Origin: an uncultured Methanosarcinaceae archaeon
GTDB lineage: Archaea; Halobacteriota; Methanosarcinia; Methanosarcinales; Methanosarcinaceae
Assembly: GCA_963847185.1 (NCBI GenBank)
Contig: CAWJYV010000001.1
Span: forward strand, 96,001 to 160,000
Direction: 5' to 3'
DNA: 64,000 nucleotides
Part shown: piece by piece, positions 45,339 to 55,660 of the stretch
Position numbering within the stretch: position 1 is the first letter of the stretch
How the letters are laid out: the number at the start of each line of letters is the position of its first letter
Position numbers and translations under genes: made by a program
Notes under the pieces: generated by a model
Told to the model about the DNA's origin: nothing
Seen by the model: the letters and a program-made list of their open reading frames with translations, nothing else
The model's database searches: none

Positions 45339-46544
45339 TTAGAGAATAAAGCTAACTGTTTTTATCGCATCCTCGATAATTAGAAGGCCTTTCTCTAATT
45401 CATCCTTCCTTATGTTTAGAGCAGGAAATATCCTAATCCCATTACTCTGAGTTTGAGTGACAAATAAACCTCTTGCCAAACATTCATTTTTGACATTTGT
45501 AGCAATGTCTTCGTTCTGGAACTCGACCATAATAAGAAGCCCTTTTCCCCTTATGTCGGCAATCACATTTCCATAAATTTTCTGCCATACACTCATCCGG
45601 TTCAGAGCGAGACAACCCATTTCTTCAACATTCTTGGAAATATTGTTATCTATCAGGTGTTTTATCACTGCATAGGAAACTGCACATCCAAGAGGATTAC
45701 CACAGTATGTACCTCCATGATCGCCTATTTCAAGCTTCTTTGCAACCTCCTCAGATAAGGCAAAAGCACCAAACGGAAAACCACCTGCGATTCCCTTTGC
45801 CATGGTCAGGAAGTCTACGCTCACTCTAGAGGAACTTGTAACGAAAGCCGGTCCTGTTCTAAAAAAGCCGGTTTGGATCTCATCCATGATCAGCAGGCTG
45901 CCATTTTTCTTACACAGGGTACTTACCTCTTTCAGGTATCCATCGGATGGTACACGAACTCCACCTTCTCCCTGAATAGGTTCAATAATCACTGCTGCAA
46001 CGTTCTCGTCCAGAGAAAGCTTCAAAGCCTCTAGATCATCATAGGGAACGAATCTATAATTGGGCATCAAAGGGTTATACCTGTCCCTATGCTTGGGCTG
46101 GCCTGTTGCCGATGTTGTACTTATCGTACGTCCGTGAAAACTTTGATCTGTAGAAATAATATATGATCTGCCTGTTACCTTTCGAGCCAATTTAATGGCA
46201 GCGTCGTTTGATTCAGCTCCACTATTTGTAAAGAATACTCTTGTAAGATTGGGAGGCAAAATTCCTGCCAGTAATGATAGTAGACGTGCGCGTGCCGGAG
46301 AATATGTAAGTCCTGAATTGGGATTTTGAATTATTTTTCTTCCTTGATCATTTAGGGCATTGGTAATGACGGGATTTGCATGACCAATACACGTTACACC
46401 CCAACCTGATGTGAAATCAATATACATCTTCCCTTCTTCATCCCATACATAAATTCCCTCTCCCTTCTCAATAGAGATCTTCTGTTTCACGAAGAAAGGT
46501 GGAAGACACTTGTCTTCGATTTTGAATGTTGTCTCGCTTGACAT
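45339..46544 (-). CDS. Class III aminotransferase (acetylornithine aminotransferase-like)
   Basis: FFTNSGAESND, SFHGRT, IEPIQGEGG, DEIQTGFFRTG, TMAKGIAGG, HGGTYCGNP. Confidence 0.88.
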   Translation of the reverse strand: MSSETTFKIEDKCLPPFFVKQKISIEKGEGIYVWDEEGKMYIDFTSGWGVTCIGHANPVITNALNDQGRKIIQNPNSGLTYSPARARLLSLLAGILPPNLTRVFFTNSGAESNDAAIKLARKVTGRSYIISTDQSFHGRTISTTSATGQPKHRDRYNPLMPNYRFVPYDDLEALKLSLDENVAAVIIEPIQGEGGVRVPSDGYLKEVSTLCKKNGSLLIMDEIQTGFFRTGPAFVTSSSRVSVDFLTMAKGIAGGFPFGAFALSEEVAKKLEIGDHGGTYCGNPLGCAVSYAVIKHLIDNNISKNVEEMGCLALNRMSVWQKIYGNVIADIRGKGLLIMVEFQNEDIATNVKNECLARGLFVTQTQSNGIRIFPALNIRKDELEKGLLIIEDAIKTVSFIL

Positions 46545-47211
46545 TATGAATCATTTCCTCTACAGCTAGCCGAAAGGAATTAAAAGGTAGCACCTAACTG
46601 CTACTTGTTTAAACTCATTTTTCGGTATCGCTGCATTTAATTGAAGTTATTCCACTTTATCAATCTGTTGATCCTCAAAAATCTAACCTACAATAGTGTT
46701 CAACTCCTGAAGACATTGAAGAATCTGATCTTACTCTGAAAATTGTTTAGTTTTCCAGACTGAATTTTACTCTAATAATGCAGTAAAGTCATAGCACAAA
46801 GGCAAAACCTTGTGGTTTTTATAACACACGCAGAATCTCTACACTTGGCCAAAATAGTTACCTTACTTTCATTTATTCAGAGAATAGTGCAAGCTTTGAA
46901 GCGTACATTAGTAAGCCAGTACAGTTCTAATTATACGGCCTGGATATGACATAACAGAGGAGAAGGTACAAAAACAGTTTATTCTTATTTTCCGGTATCT
47001 ATAAAGGTGAGCCCAAATCCAAACATCGTTTTTTAAGATTAACGGTTAATTTTCCGATCTTGTTTTTATTGATCTAGTTTTTTCTTTTATCCCGAAAAAA
47101 TGCCAAAAGTCTAACTTAATTGAAGGAACAAATCTTTGAATAACGAAGTGTATATCAAAGAATTACAGACAAACACAAAATATATAAACAGCAATTAAGT
47201 ATATCAAAAAT

Positions 47212-47457
47212 GTGTCGAGATCGCAAAAAACAACAAACTCAATAATAGACAAAGCAATAATTTTAGCACCAACAGTACTTATTTACTTCATTAGCTACTT
47301 TTTTATATTTGTCAAAGAAAACAGAATGAAAACAATATCATTAGACTATACAACTGCCTTTCTAAGCTTAATACCTCCAATAATATTTTTAGCAGTAATA
47401 TTTATTTTTCACAAATTCTCAAGTAGGCAGGTAAAGGACACTAAAAAACTACCTTAA
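47212..47457 (+). CDS. Small putative two-TM membrane protein
   Basis: Two hydrophobic stretches; AT-rich so could be spurious. Confidence 0.4.
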   Translation: MSRSQKTTNSIIDKAIILAPTVLIYFISYFFIFVKENRMKTISLDYTTAFLSLIPPIIFLAVIFIFHKFSSRQVKDTKKLP

Positions 47458-47941
47458 TAATTTTTTTATTTTGTGATACTTTCCTATTTTTTACTTATTA
47501 AACGGAACTTCTGAGAAATAAATAAAATTTGGCAGAATATACTAATAGGGGCATGATAATAGCCCATTTTTATAGATAACCTCTATATTCTGCCCTATTC
47601 TTTAAAACCAATTATTTAGCGTGTGACTATCCTCTAAGATCTGAAACATATACCCCTTTAACCATATCGGCTTTCAGGCTTGAAAAATCCGAAATTCCGA
47701 AGATATTCAAAAGAAACAATACTTTTCATGCTATCGATTTTGGAAAAATTACTCTAAAATATCCGGTTATTATTTCAACTAAAGATTTGGGAAATGGGGT
47801 TAAAAGTATTCACGGAATATTAATCTTGGGATAAATTCATATATTAACTACAATATTTTTATATAATCTGTAAAAAATATTCAACCGTGTAAGTCCTAAT
47901 AATATTGCTTTCAAGCTCTCTAGTCTTTAAGTCTTCTAGGG

Positions 47942-50107
47942 GTGTTCACAATAGATATTAGTAAAAAGGTTCTGATAATAACTTTGTTGATTTTTGCCGT
48001 TCTTACCACTGCATTTACTTTCACCTATAATATGCAACTTTCTAATTTTTTAGAGCTTGAACAGGCGGACACAATGGAGAATGTAGAAAGGGTACAAAAT
48101 GCAATTTCGACTGAACAGGGATATCTTGATTACCTGGTTGCGGATTGGGCCTGCTGGAATGAGACTTACAGGTTTGTCGAAAATAGGAATCAACTGTTTG
48201 TAGATGAAACTATTGATAATGAAACTCTTGTAGGGCTCAAACTTGACGTGATAATTTTTGTGAATAATTCTGGATCTGTAGTCTACGCAAAATCGGTAGA
48301 CTCCGATACCGGAGAAGAAAAATCGGTTCCCAAGAGCCTTTTTAAACTCATAGAAAACAAAACTATTCTTGTAGAATCCGAAAATAAACCCATTAGAGGT
48401 TTTGTTTTACTCGATGAAGATCCAATGTATATTTCCTGCTATCCTATCCTGACGACAAATATGCAGGGACCTATGAAGGGCACTCTGATTTTTGGGAGAT
48501 ACTTTGACAGCTCTCTTATTGATTCTTTAAAAAAAGTTACACGATCTTCTCTTTTGATGTACAGGGTAGATGAAAATATGCCTCTCGATTTTAAGACAAA
48601 GTTTCACAATTTATCCACGCTTCCTGGTAGGACTATTGTCGAGCCCCTTAGTGAAGAGAGAATAGCAGGTTATTTTGAGTTCAAGGACATTTCAGGCAAG
48701 CCTGCCATTATAATGAGAGCTGATTTCCCAAGAGATCTCTATCAGCATGGAGAAAAAACTCTGAATTACATGTATTTTTTTCTTTTGTTAACCGGGATTA
48801 TGACGGGTGTCGGAGTTAAATTTTCACTTGACAGGTTATTCATTTCAAGATTAGTTGAAATTGATAATTTTGTTACAAAGGTAAGATCGGAAAAGGATCT
48901 TTCCAAAAGATTATTTCTTAAAGATAATGATGAACTCTATCGTTTGTCAAGAGAAATAAATGGAATGCTAAACGAAATTCATTTGATAGAGCAAGAATTA
49001 AAATCACAGGAAAGGGAAAAGAAAGTCCTGCTAGATTCTCTTGAGGAACTAGTTATCTTCATAAATCCTGATCTTAATATAATATGGGCAAACAAGGCTG
49101 CCCTCGGACATATTAAAATGAGCCTCCAAGATGCAGTGGGCAAATGCATAAAATCCATTCCTGACATGAGCGGTGCTTTATCTGAAGACAAGCAAATTGA
49201 ACAAATTTTTTTAATAGGCAACAAAAAATCATGGGAATTTACTTCAAAGGACGACAGGATCTGGTTTGTACAGGCAATCCCGGTTACTGGAGAGGATGGA
49301 AAGATTATAGGTATTATGGTAACCTGTAGAGAGATTACGGAAAGGAAGGTAGCAGAAAAACTTCGACAGGAAAAACAAATTGCAGAAATTGCAAACAGGA
49401 CGAAAAGCGAGTTCCTGGCAAATATGAGCCACGAACTGAGAACCCCACTTAACTCAATAATAGGATTTTCTGACATGCTGTATGAGCAGGCGTATGGAAA
49501 ACTTAGTGAAAAACAATTAAGAGCAGTAGGAAATATATCTAGGAGTGGAAAACATCTACTGGGTCTTATCAATGATATTCTGGATCTTTCAAAAGTGGAA
49601 GCCGGAAAACTTGAACTTGACTATAAAGACTTTGAACTTGCTCCCAAGCTTAGTATGATACAAAATTTGCTGTCTCCAATTGCAGATCGAAAAAATATTA
49701 AAATCGAAATTGATATTGATAGTGAGCTTAAAAGTATCCGTGCGGACGAATCCAGGTTTGCTCAGATCATGTATAACCTTGTGGATAATGCTATTAAGTT
49801 CTCCTATGAAAACAGTCTCATAAAGATTAAGGCAAGAAAAAAGGGAGACCTGGTGGAGATAACAGTTAAAGATACCGGAATGGGTATTAAACTTAAGGAT
49901 CAGAATAAACTTTTTAAACCCTTTAGTCAGATAGATTATTTTTCCTCCAAAAAATTCCAGGGAACGGGGCTCGGTCTTTCATTAGTTAAGCAGATTGTCC
50001 AGTTGCATGGTGGATATGTCTGGTTCAAGAGCAATCTGGAGGAAGGAAGTACTTTTGCATTTACAATTCCAATAAATGGAGATAGAGGCAAAGGAGGAGA
50101 CTTATAA
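47942..50107 (+). CDS. CHASE4-HAMP-PAS sensor histidine kinase
   Basis: DWACWNETY (CHASE4), DELYRL (HAMP), FLANMSHELRTPLN, DNAIKF, GTGLGL. Confidence 0.93.
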   Translation: MFTIDISKKVLIITLLIFAVLTTAFTFTYNMQLSNFLELEQADTMENVERVQNAISTEQGYLDYLVADWACWNETYRFVENRNQLFVDETIDNETLVGLKLDVIIFVNNSGSVVYAKSVDSDTGEEKSVPKSLFKLIENKTILVESENKPIRGFVLLDEDPMYISCYPILTTNMQGPMKGTLIFGRYFDSSLIDSLKKVTRSSLLMYRVDENMPLDFKTKFHNLSTLPGRTIVEPLSEERIAGYFEFKDISGKPAIIMRADFPRDLYQHGEKTLNYMYFFLLLTGIMTGVGVKFSLDRLFISRLVEIDNFVTKVRSEKDLSKRLFLKDNDELYRLSREINGMLNEIHLIEQELKSQEREKKVLLDSLEELVIFINPDLNIIWANKAALGHIKMSLQDAVGKCIKSIPDMSGALSEDKQIEQIFLIGNKKSWEFTSKDDRIWFVQAIPVTGEDGKIIGIMVTCREITERKVAEKLRQEKQIAEIANRTKSEFLANMSHELRTPLNSIIGFSDMLYEQAYGKLSEKQLRAVGNISRSGKHLLGLINDILDLSKVEAGKLELDYKDFELAPKLSMIQNLLSPIADRKNIKIEIDIDSELKSIRADESRFAQIMYNLVDNAIKFSYENSLIKIKARKKGDLVEITVKDTGMGIKLKDQNKLFKPFSQIDYFSSKKFQGTGLGLSLVKQIVQLHGGYVWFKSNLEEGSTFAFTIPINGDRGKGGDL

Positions 50108-50398
50108 ATTTGGACAATATCCTTGCAAATTTATTACGTGCATTACACAGCCAAGAATGTTACATGTAACCAAACTTAGAATTTTATAAAAGGAACTAAA
50201 GTAAAAGAAGAGGGCTACAGAAGCTCTTAGAAGGATCTCGCATATATAGAAGGTAGGGATAGAAATGCAAAAATAGCTATCCCATATTTCCATCCAGATC
50301 ACAATAATTCGAAAAAGAATCTACTGAATGCAGGCAAACTAAAGTTTAAACATTGTTCAGAATATAAGTTGACAGCCTCCTCCATTTTTTAATTTCTA

Positions 50399-50596
50399 GC
50401 CCAAATTTGACAGAAGCACATATTGTATAATGTCTAAATGGGCTTCATGCTTTTGTTTTCTGTATACAATTCAAAGTTTTGTTTCGCATCTTATGATTTT
50501 TTAACATTTTTCATTTTACGGAAATGTAATGTGTCGATGAACTTGTTTTGTGTAAGAAAATAATGTATTGATTAACAGAATCTGTCAAATTAGGGT
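50399..50596. mobile_element. MITE (~198 bp)
   Basis: TIR GCCCAAATTTGACAGA / TCTGTCAAATTAGGGT with TCTA on both sides. Confidence 0.7.
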
Positions 50597-50614
50597 TCTA
50601 ACCATATCTTCTAA

Positions 50615-50864
50615 CCGACATTCTGCAGATGTTCTCAAAAAAACAACATTATTCCTGCTATTGATTTTGGAGAATTATTCAAAAATTCTCCAGTTATTAT
50701 CTCAACTGAAGCCTTGAGAATTGGGGTTAAAAGCTTTTATTAAAGGCAAAAAGGGCGAAAATTGGAGGACATTTAAAAAATATTTTTTTGAGTTACCGGG
50801 GTAGTTTCCAAAAAACGCTAGCAGGAAAAATCGTGAAAATTGTCAGACATCTGCGGAAAATCAG
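50615..50864. mobile_element. MITE, same family as 38829-39080
   Basis: CCGACATTCTGCAGATGT ... ACATCTGCGGAAAATCAG and shared interior (TCAACTGAAGCCTTG). Confidence 0.72.
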
Positions 50865-51018
50865 TTGAATTCAGCAAATTGTCACATTTCTGTTCAGACA
50901 GATGTCAGTATTTAAATAACAATTTTTGTACCTTTTTTTAGCTATTAATAAGATTTAAGGTACTTTTTGCCCCAAAAGCGAAATTTAAATATTAACAATG
51001 AATAGGATGTTTTGCCAA

Positions 51019-51032
51019 TTCACAATTGTGAA
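51019..51032. promoter_or_regulatory. Perfect 14-bp palindrome between TATA box and tRNA-Cys 1
   Basis: TTCACAATTGTGAA; TTTAAATATTAA upstream at ~50984. Confidence 0.75.
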
Positions 51033-51042
51033 TATACAAAGT

Positions 51043-51114
51043 GCCAAGATGGCAGAAAGGCTATGCAATGGGCAGCAGATCCATTTAATTTCGGTTCGAA
51101 TCCGAATCTTGGCT
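51043..51114 (+). tRNA. tRNA-Cys(GCA), variant with A33
   Basis: Acceptor GCCAAGA/TCTTGGC, U73, anticodon loop CAGCAGA, T arm TTCGG-TTCGAAT-CCGAA. Confidence 0.85.
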
Positions 51115-51313
51115 TGGGAATTTCTATGTACAGGAGGGAAAGAAAATACTTTGAGTTATCATTCCTGGAACATCTGGAAATTCTCAGAAAAGCACTAAAA
51201 ATGCTGGAAAAACATTAGGAAGGTAGAAAATGAAGAAATATGGGAAAAAATATTGGAACAGATAATATGTGAAGTTAAAGAAGGCAAAAATATGAATTCA
51301 ACAAGGTTAAAGT

Positions 51314-51790
51314 ATGAAAGGAGAGATCGTTAACGGAATACAGAATTCTGTCTTCGATCTGGATGAACATGTCGTTGAAAAGGCCTCGGAGGCTCTTGAC
51401 GATGGATTTACAGTTGAAATAATCTGGGAGGCTCTTGAGCTAATTGAGCTGTATTTTATTTTGCGTATAATGGGGCATTTGCTTCTTGAAGCGGAATATA
51501 TACTTCTCAAAGTTAGAACTAATCCTCTCCATCTGATTGAACAGAAATTTGTTCAAGCTGTAAAAATAATAGGTGGTATCCTTGAAAAAGGGAAATTCCA
51601 ACTATGGCAGATATTTAATATGTATCACATTTCAAAAGGAACAGTGATAAAAGTGCGCAGACAGTTAACAATGGAATCTAAAAAAGATACAGGGTTATAT
51701 GGGAACTTTATCATGGAGTCTGATCGCACATCAACTCGCCCTCTGGTTTCACATGTAACCGAGACTTTAACTTCATCATACTGTTGTTGA
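51314..51790 (+). CDS. Divergent corrinoid-protein cap (B12-binding_2)-like protein or remnant
   Basis: VFDLDE..VEKASEAL..G and NPLHLIEQKFVQAVKIIG..LEKG.F.L.QI resemble methyltransferase corrinoid N-terminal caps; no DxHxxG motif. Confidence 0.45.
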   Translation: MKGEIVNGIQNSVFDLDEHVVEKASEALDDGFTVEIIWEALELIELYFILRIMGHLLLEAEYILLKVRTNPLHLIEQKFVQAVKIIGGILEKGKFQLWQIFNMYHISKGTVIKVRRQLTMESKKDTGLYGNFIMESDRTSTRPLVSHVTETLTSSYCC

Positions 51791-52028
51791 TTGAGACTAT
51801 TATAAACTCCCTAACCTCCTTTTATTTTTTTCTAAGATATCTACTGCACAAAATAATTTTTACCAGAAAACTCTCTTTTTAAGCTGGAATGTTCCATAAA
51901 GTTGTGGTCTCTGCAGTTGTATATTCGTTTTCGATTTCGTTTCTGGCATCAAACATTAGAAATATTTGGATTACTTTTTGCCTTGAAAAGTAGTTTTAAA
52001 TATTAATAATGTGTATGAGTATTATCCA

Positions 52029-52042
52029 TTCACAATTGTGAA
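52029..52042. promoter_or_regulatory. Palindrome before tRNA-Cys 2
   Basis: TTCACAATTGTGAA downstream of TTTAAATATTAA. Confidence 0.75.
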
Positions 52043-52049
52043 TTGATGT

Positions 52050-52121
52050 GCCAGGGTGGCGGAAAGGCTACGCAATGGACTGCAGATCCATTTCATCCCG
52101 ATTCGATTCCGGGCTCTGGCT
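52050..52121 (+). tRNA. tRNA-Cys(GCA), A53.C61 mismatch in T stem
   Basis: GCCAGGG/CTCTGGC, loop CTGCAGA, CCCGA-TTCGATT-CCGGG, U73. Confidence 0.88.
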
Positions 52122-52256
52122 TGAAAGTTTCGTTGCAGGTACTACAAGAAAACTTTTGAAAATTTACAGTTTTCTTCGCCCTTAAATGCCGTAAAAGGCA
52201 TATTTTGCCTTGAAAAAAAGGTTTAAATATTAAAAATGAGTATGACGTGTTGCCAG

Positions 52257-52270
52257 TTCACAATTGTGAA
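52257..52270. promoter_or_regulatory. Palindrome before tRNA-Cys 3
   Basis: TTCACAATTGTGAA downstream of TTTAAATATTAA. Confidence 0.75.
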
Positions 52271-52277
52271 TTGATGT

Positions 52278-52349
52278 GCCAGGGTGGCGGAAAGGCTACG
52301 CAATGGACTGCAGATCCATTTCATCCCGGTTCGATTCCGGGCTCTGGCT
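52278..52349 (+). tRNA. tRNA-Cys(GCA)
   Basis: Canonical cloverleaf, loop CTGCAGA (G37), CCCGG-TTCGATT-CCGGG, U73. Confidence 0.95.
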
Positions 52350-52468
52350 TAAAAGTTTTCTCATAAAGGTTAGCAGAAAACTTTTAGCAAGAAAATTCCA
52401 GGGCTCTTTTTGCTCAGAAGGAGGCTCAAGAAGAATAAACAAATAAGAAATAAACAGCAAATAAAACC

Positions 52469-52482
52469 TTCACAATTGTGAA
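52469..52482. promoter_or_regulatory. Fourth TTCACAATTGTGAA palindrome, upstream of tRNA-Cys 4 and pscS
   Basis: Exact match, not immediately followed by a tRNA. Confidence 0.65.
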
Positions 52483-52593
52483 GCATAATGGCGCCAGTCA
52501 ACAAATGACTCAACTAAAAAGGTATGAAACACTCCCATTCGTAGATGAACAGACAAAACACGACTCATAAAACCCACAACCAAATTTGTGCAA

Positions 52594-52718
52594 CTCACTT
52601 TCCGCAGAAATCCACAAAATAATACCCTTCCACTCAATATGGGTATAGCCCTAAATTTTATTAGTAATATAACTATTGGGCAAATCACTCCTCAATTGTG
52701 TACATCTGCGGAACAGTG
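52594..52718. mobile_element. Short MITE related to the 38829-39080 family
   Basis: TTCCGCAGAAATCCACAA / TTGTGTACATCTGCGGAA inverted ends. Confidence 0.6.
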
Positions 52719-52745
52719 TGTATAATATAAAAAACCAGAAAAGAT

Positions 52746-52817
52746 GCTGTGATGGCGGAAAGGCTACGCGGTGGACTGCAAATCCATTACATCCCGGTTC
52801 GATTCCGGGTCTCAGCT
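52746..52817 (+). tRNA. tRNA-Cys(GCA), divergent (A37, U5.U68 mismatch), 12 nt before pscS
   Basis: GCTGTGA/TCTCAGC, loop CTGCAAA, CCCGG-TTCGATT-CCGGG, U73. Confidence 0.9.
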
Positions 52818-52829
52818 TAGGGGTAATAT

Positions 52830-54218
52830 ATGGATATAAGAACACAAAAAACATTTGAGGCACTTTTTGCCCTTGAAGATATTAGGGAGACTCTTAGACA
52901 AACACTTCCAAATATCACAAGTCCAGAAGAAGAGCATGCCATTAAAGAAGGCGTGAGCAAAGTCAGAAAAATTCTGGATGATATCGAGAACGATACCGGA
53001 ACCCCGGACATAAGAAAAATAGCTGATAATATTGATATTCGGTCCAGAGAAGAAACATACATCAATATACAGCCGATCCAGGCAGCTGGAAGGCTTACAC
53101 CAGAAGCAAGAAAAGCTCTAATAGCATATGGCGATGGCTACTCCACCTGTGATGCCTGCCGAAAACCTTTCAGGCTAGACAAAATAAGCAGTCCGCCTAT
53201 CGCTCCATTTCATGAACAACTCGCTAGCTTCGTTAATATGGATGTTGCTCGAGTAGTACCAGGCGCTAGAAGAGGATTCCAGGCAGTGGCATCCACTCTG
53301 GTCAATAAAGGAGATTTAGTAATAGTTTCATCCCTTGCTCATTATACAGAATTCCTTGCAGTAGAAGAAGCAGGAGGAATAGTTAGAGAAGTGCCCTTAA
53401 ACGAGCACAATCTTGTAACTGCAGATGCAACTGCTGAGAAAATTGAAGCAGTTAAGCAGGAAACAGGTAAACTGCCTGTACTGGTAATGATCGACCATTT
53501 TGATTACCAGTATGCCAATGAGCACGATGTAAAAAGCATTGCAAAAGTTGCGCACCAGTATGATATTCCTCTCCTGTATAACGGAGCATATACTGTTGGA
53601 GTAAGGCCAGTTGATGGAAAAGATATCGGTGCGGACTTCATCGTGGGTTCAGGCCACAAAAGCATGGCATCACCTGCACCGTCTGGAGTACTGGCAACAA
53701 CCGAGGAATGGGCTCCGAAAGTATTCCGCACAACTCAGATGACAGGTGATCTCACAAAACGCAAGTTTGGTGTAAAAGAAGTCGAGATGCTTGGCTGCAC
53801 ACTAATGGGCTCAACATTGCTGGGTATGATGGCTTCGTTCCCTACAGTTAAGGAGAGAGTAAAGAACTGGGAAGACGAGTTAAAAAAATCGAATTATCTG
53901 ATCGATGGGTTGCTTGCTATAGAAGGCAGTAAAGTAGTCTCAGAGTACCCACGAAAACATACCCTCTCCAAAGTTGACACAAGCAAGAGCTTTGATCTTA
54001 TAGCCCAGGAGCATAAACGAAGAGGTTTCTTCCTTTCAGACGAACTTTCAAGCAAGGGCATTGTCGGAGAATTTGCAGGAGCCACACGCGTTTGGAAACT
54101 TAACACATACGGGCTTTCATGGGAGAAAGTTCGCTATGTAGTAGATACATTCCAGGAAATTGCTGAAAAATACAAACTTCAGGTAAACAAGGAGAAGAAT
54201 TCCAATGGTAACAAATAA
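52830..54218 (+). CDS. pscS: O-phosphoseryl-tRNA:Cys-tRNA synthase (SepCysS) with ~60-aa N-terminal extension
   Basis: [21 protein letters not shown] (CxxC), [13 protein letters not shown] (PLP lysine), EMLGCT, KLNTYGL. Confidence 0.93.
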   Translation: MDIRTQKTFEALFALEDIRETLRQTLPNITSPEEEHAIKEGVSKVRKILDDIENDTGTPDIRKIADNIDIRSREETYINIQPIQAAGRLTPEARKALIAYGDGYSTCDACRKPFRLDKISSPPIAPFHEQLASFVNMDVARVVPGARRGFQAVASTLVNKGDLVIVSSLAHYTEFLAVEEAGGIVREVPLNEHNLVTADATAEKIEAVKQETGKLPVLVMIDHFDYQYANEHDVKSIAKVAHQYDIPLLYNGAYTVGVRPVDGKDIGADFIVGSGHKSMASPAPSGVLATTEEWAPKVFRTTQMTGDLTKRKFGVKEVEMLGCTLMGSTLLGMMASFPTVKERVKNWEDELKKSNYLIDGLLAIEGSKVVSEYPRKHTLSKVDTSKSFDLIAQEHKRRGFFLSDELSSKGIVGEFAGATRVWKLNTYGLSWEKVRYVVDTFQEIAEKYKLQVNKEKNSNGNK

Positions 54219-55500
54219 CTATAAACTGGGAACACTTGCCCTTCACGCTGGACAGGTTCCGGACCCCACAACAGGATCACGTACAGTACCGATATATCAG
54301 ACAACATCGTATGTTTTCAGGGATACTGACCATGCAGCCAACCTTTTTGGCCTTAAAGAGCTTGGCAACATCTACACCCGTATAATGAATCCTACTACTG
54401 ACGTTTTTGAACAGCGCATAGCTGCTATTGAGGGTGGAACCGGCGCTCTTGGAGTCGCTTCCGGCTCGGCAGCAATAACTTATGCCCTGTTAGCGATTAC
54501 GCGGATAGGGGACGAAATAATATCCGGAAACAACCTCTACGGGGGAACCTATGAACTTTTCAATTACACTTTCCCCAAGCTGGGAAGAAAAGTAACATTT
54601 GTAGATTCGACTGATATAGAAGCCTACCAAAAGGCAGTCAATGAAAAGACCAGGGCTATTTATATTGAGTCTGTTGGAAACCCTAAACTTGATATTCCGG
54701 ATTTTGAGGCAATTGCAGATATTGCTCACAGAGCCGGAGTTCCGCTTGTTGTAGACAATACAAGTGCTGTAGGACTTGTCCGGCCCATTGATCATGGAGC
54801 AGATATTGTTGTACATTCTGCAACCAAATTCATTGGCGGGCATGGAAACTCAATTGGAGGTTCAATTGTCGATTCCGGAAAGTTCTCCTGGAACAACGGC
54901 AAGTTCCCGGAATTAACAGATCCTGATCCAAGCTACCATGGTTTAAAATACTGGGATACCTTTTCAGATTTTCCTGGGCTTGGGAATGTGGCATTTGTCT
55001 TTAAAGTAAGGTTGCAGCTTCTTCGAGACACAGGTGCTGCGATTTCACCTTTTAATTCGTTCCTGCTGCTTCAGGGACTTGAAACCCTGCATCTAAGGAT
55101 ACAGAGACACTCAGAAAACGCCCTCAAGGTAGCACAATATCTTTCAAAACATCCTAAGGTCTCATGGGTCAATTATCCCGGTTTACCGGATCATCCAAGC
55201 CATAAACTTGCATCCAGATATCTCAAAGGCGGATATGGTGCGTTGCTGGGTTTCGGCGTGAAAGGCGGTGCTGAAGCAGGTAAAAAGTTTATTAACAATC
55301 TGGAACTGTTTTCACACGTCGCAAATATCGGAGATTCAAAGAGCCTCGTTATTCATCCTGCAACTACCACACATCAGCAGCTTACGCCGGCTGAGCAGGA
55401 AGCTACAGGTGTTAAACCGGATTATATACGCCTTTCCATAGGTATTGAGGATATAGAAGATATAATCTCAGATCTAAAACAAGCTCTGGAGAAAGTGTAA
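54205..55500 (+). CDS. metY: O-acetylhomoserine aminocarboxypropyltransferase / sulfhydrylase
   Basis: [54 protein letters not shown]; overlaps pscS by 14 nt. Confidence 0.92.
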   Translation: MVTNNYKLGTLALHAGQVPDPTTGSRTVPIYQTTSYVFRDTDHAANLFGLKELGNIYTRIMNPTTDVFEQRIAAIEGGTGALGVASGSAAITYALLAITRIGDEIISGNNLYGGTYELFNYTFPKLGRKVTFVDSTDIEAYQKAVNEKTRAIYIESVGNPKLDIPDFEAIADIAHRAGVPLVVDNTSAVGLVRPIDHGADIVVHSATKFIGGHGNSIGGSIVDSGKFSWNNGKFPELTDPDPSYHGLKYWDTFSDFPGLGNVAFVFKVRLQLLRDTGAAISPFNSFLLLQGLETLHLRIQRHSENALKVAQYLSKHPKVSWVNYPGLPDHPSHKLASRYLKGGYGALLGFGVKGGAEAGKKFINNLELFSHVANIGDSKSLVIHPATTTHQQLTPAEQEATGVKPDYIRLSIGIEDIEDIISDLKQALEKV

Positions 55501-55560
55501 CTGGCCTTATGCCAGTGGGCACTAATGCCGATTTATATAGAAACATTACAAAAAGAAATG

Positions 55561-55590
55561 GTATTTTGATGAGTTACATCTCATCAATAC
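55561..55590. terminator. Hairpin between metY and pdxS
   Basis: TTGATGAG-TTACAT-CTCATCAA. Confidence 0.4.
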
Positions 55591-55660
55591 AACCTTGCTA
55601 CTACTTTCATTACTCTTATTTTACAATTCTTTTTTAAATATTATTTAGATAAACAAACGG

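Noticed and set aside
50998-51218. ORFs 50998-51198 and 51012-51218; also 52470-52863 ORFs
   Set aside because: Overlap tRNA-Cys genes, operators or a MITE; spurious
52689-52703. Fifth TTCACAATTGTGAA-like site (CTCAATTGTGTA)
   Set aside because: Degenerate and overlaps the MITE right end
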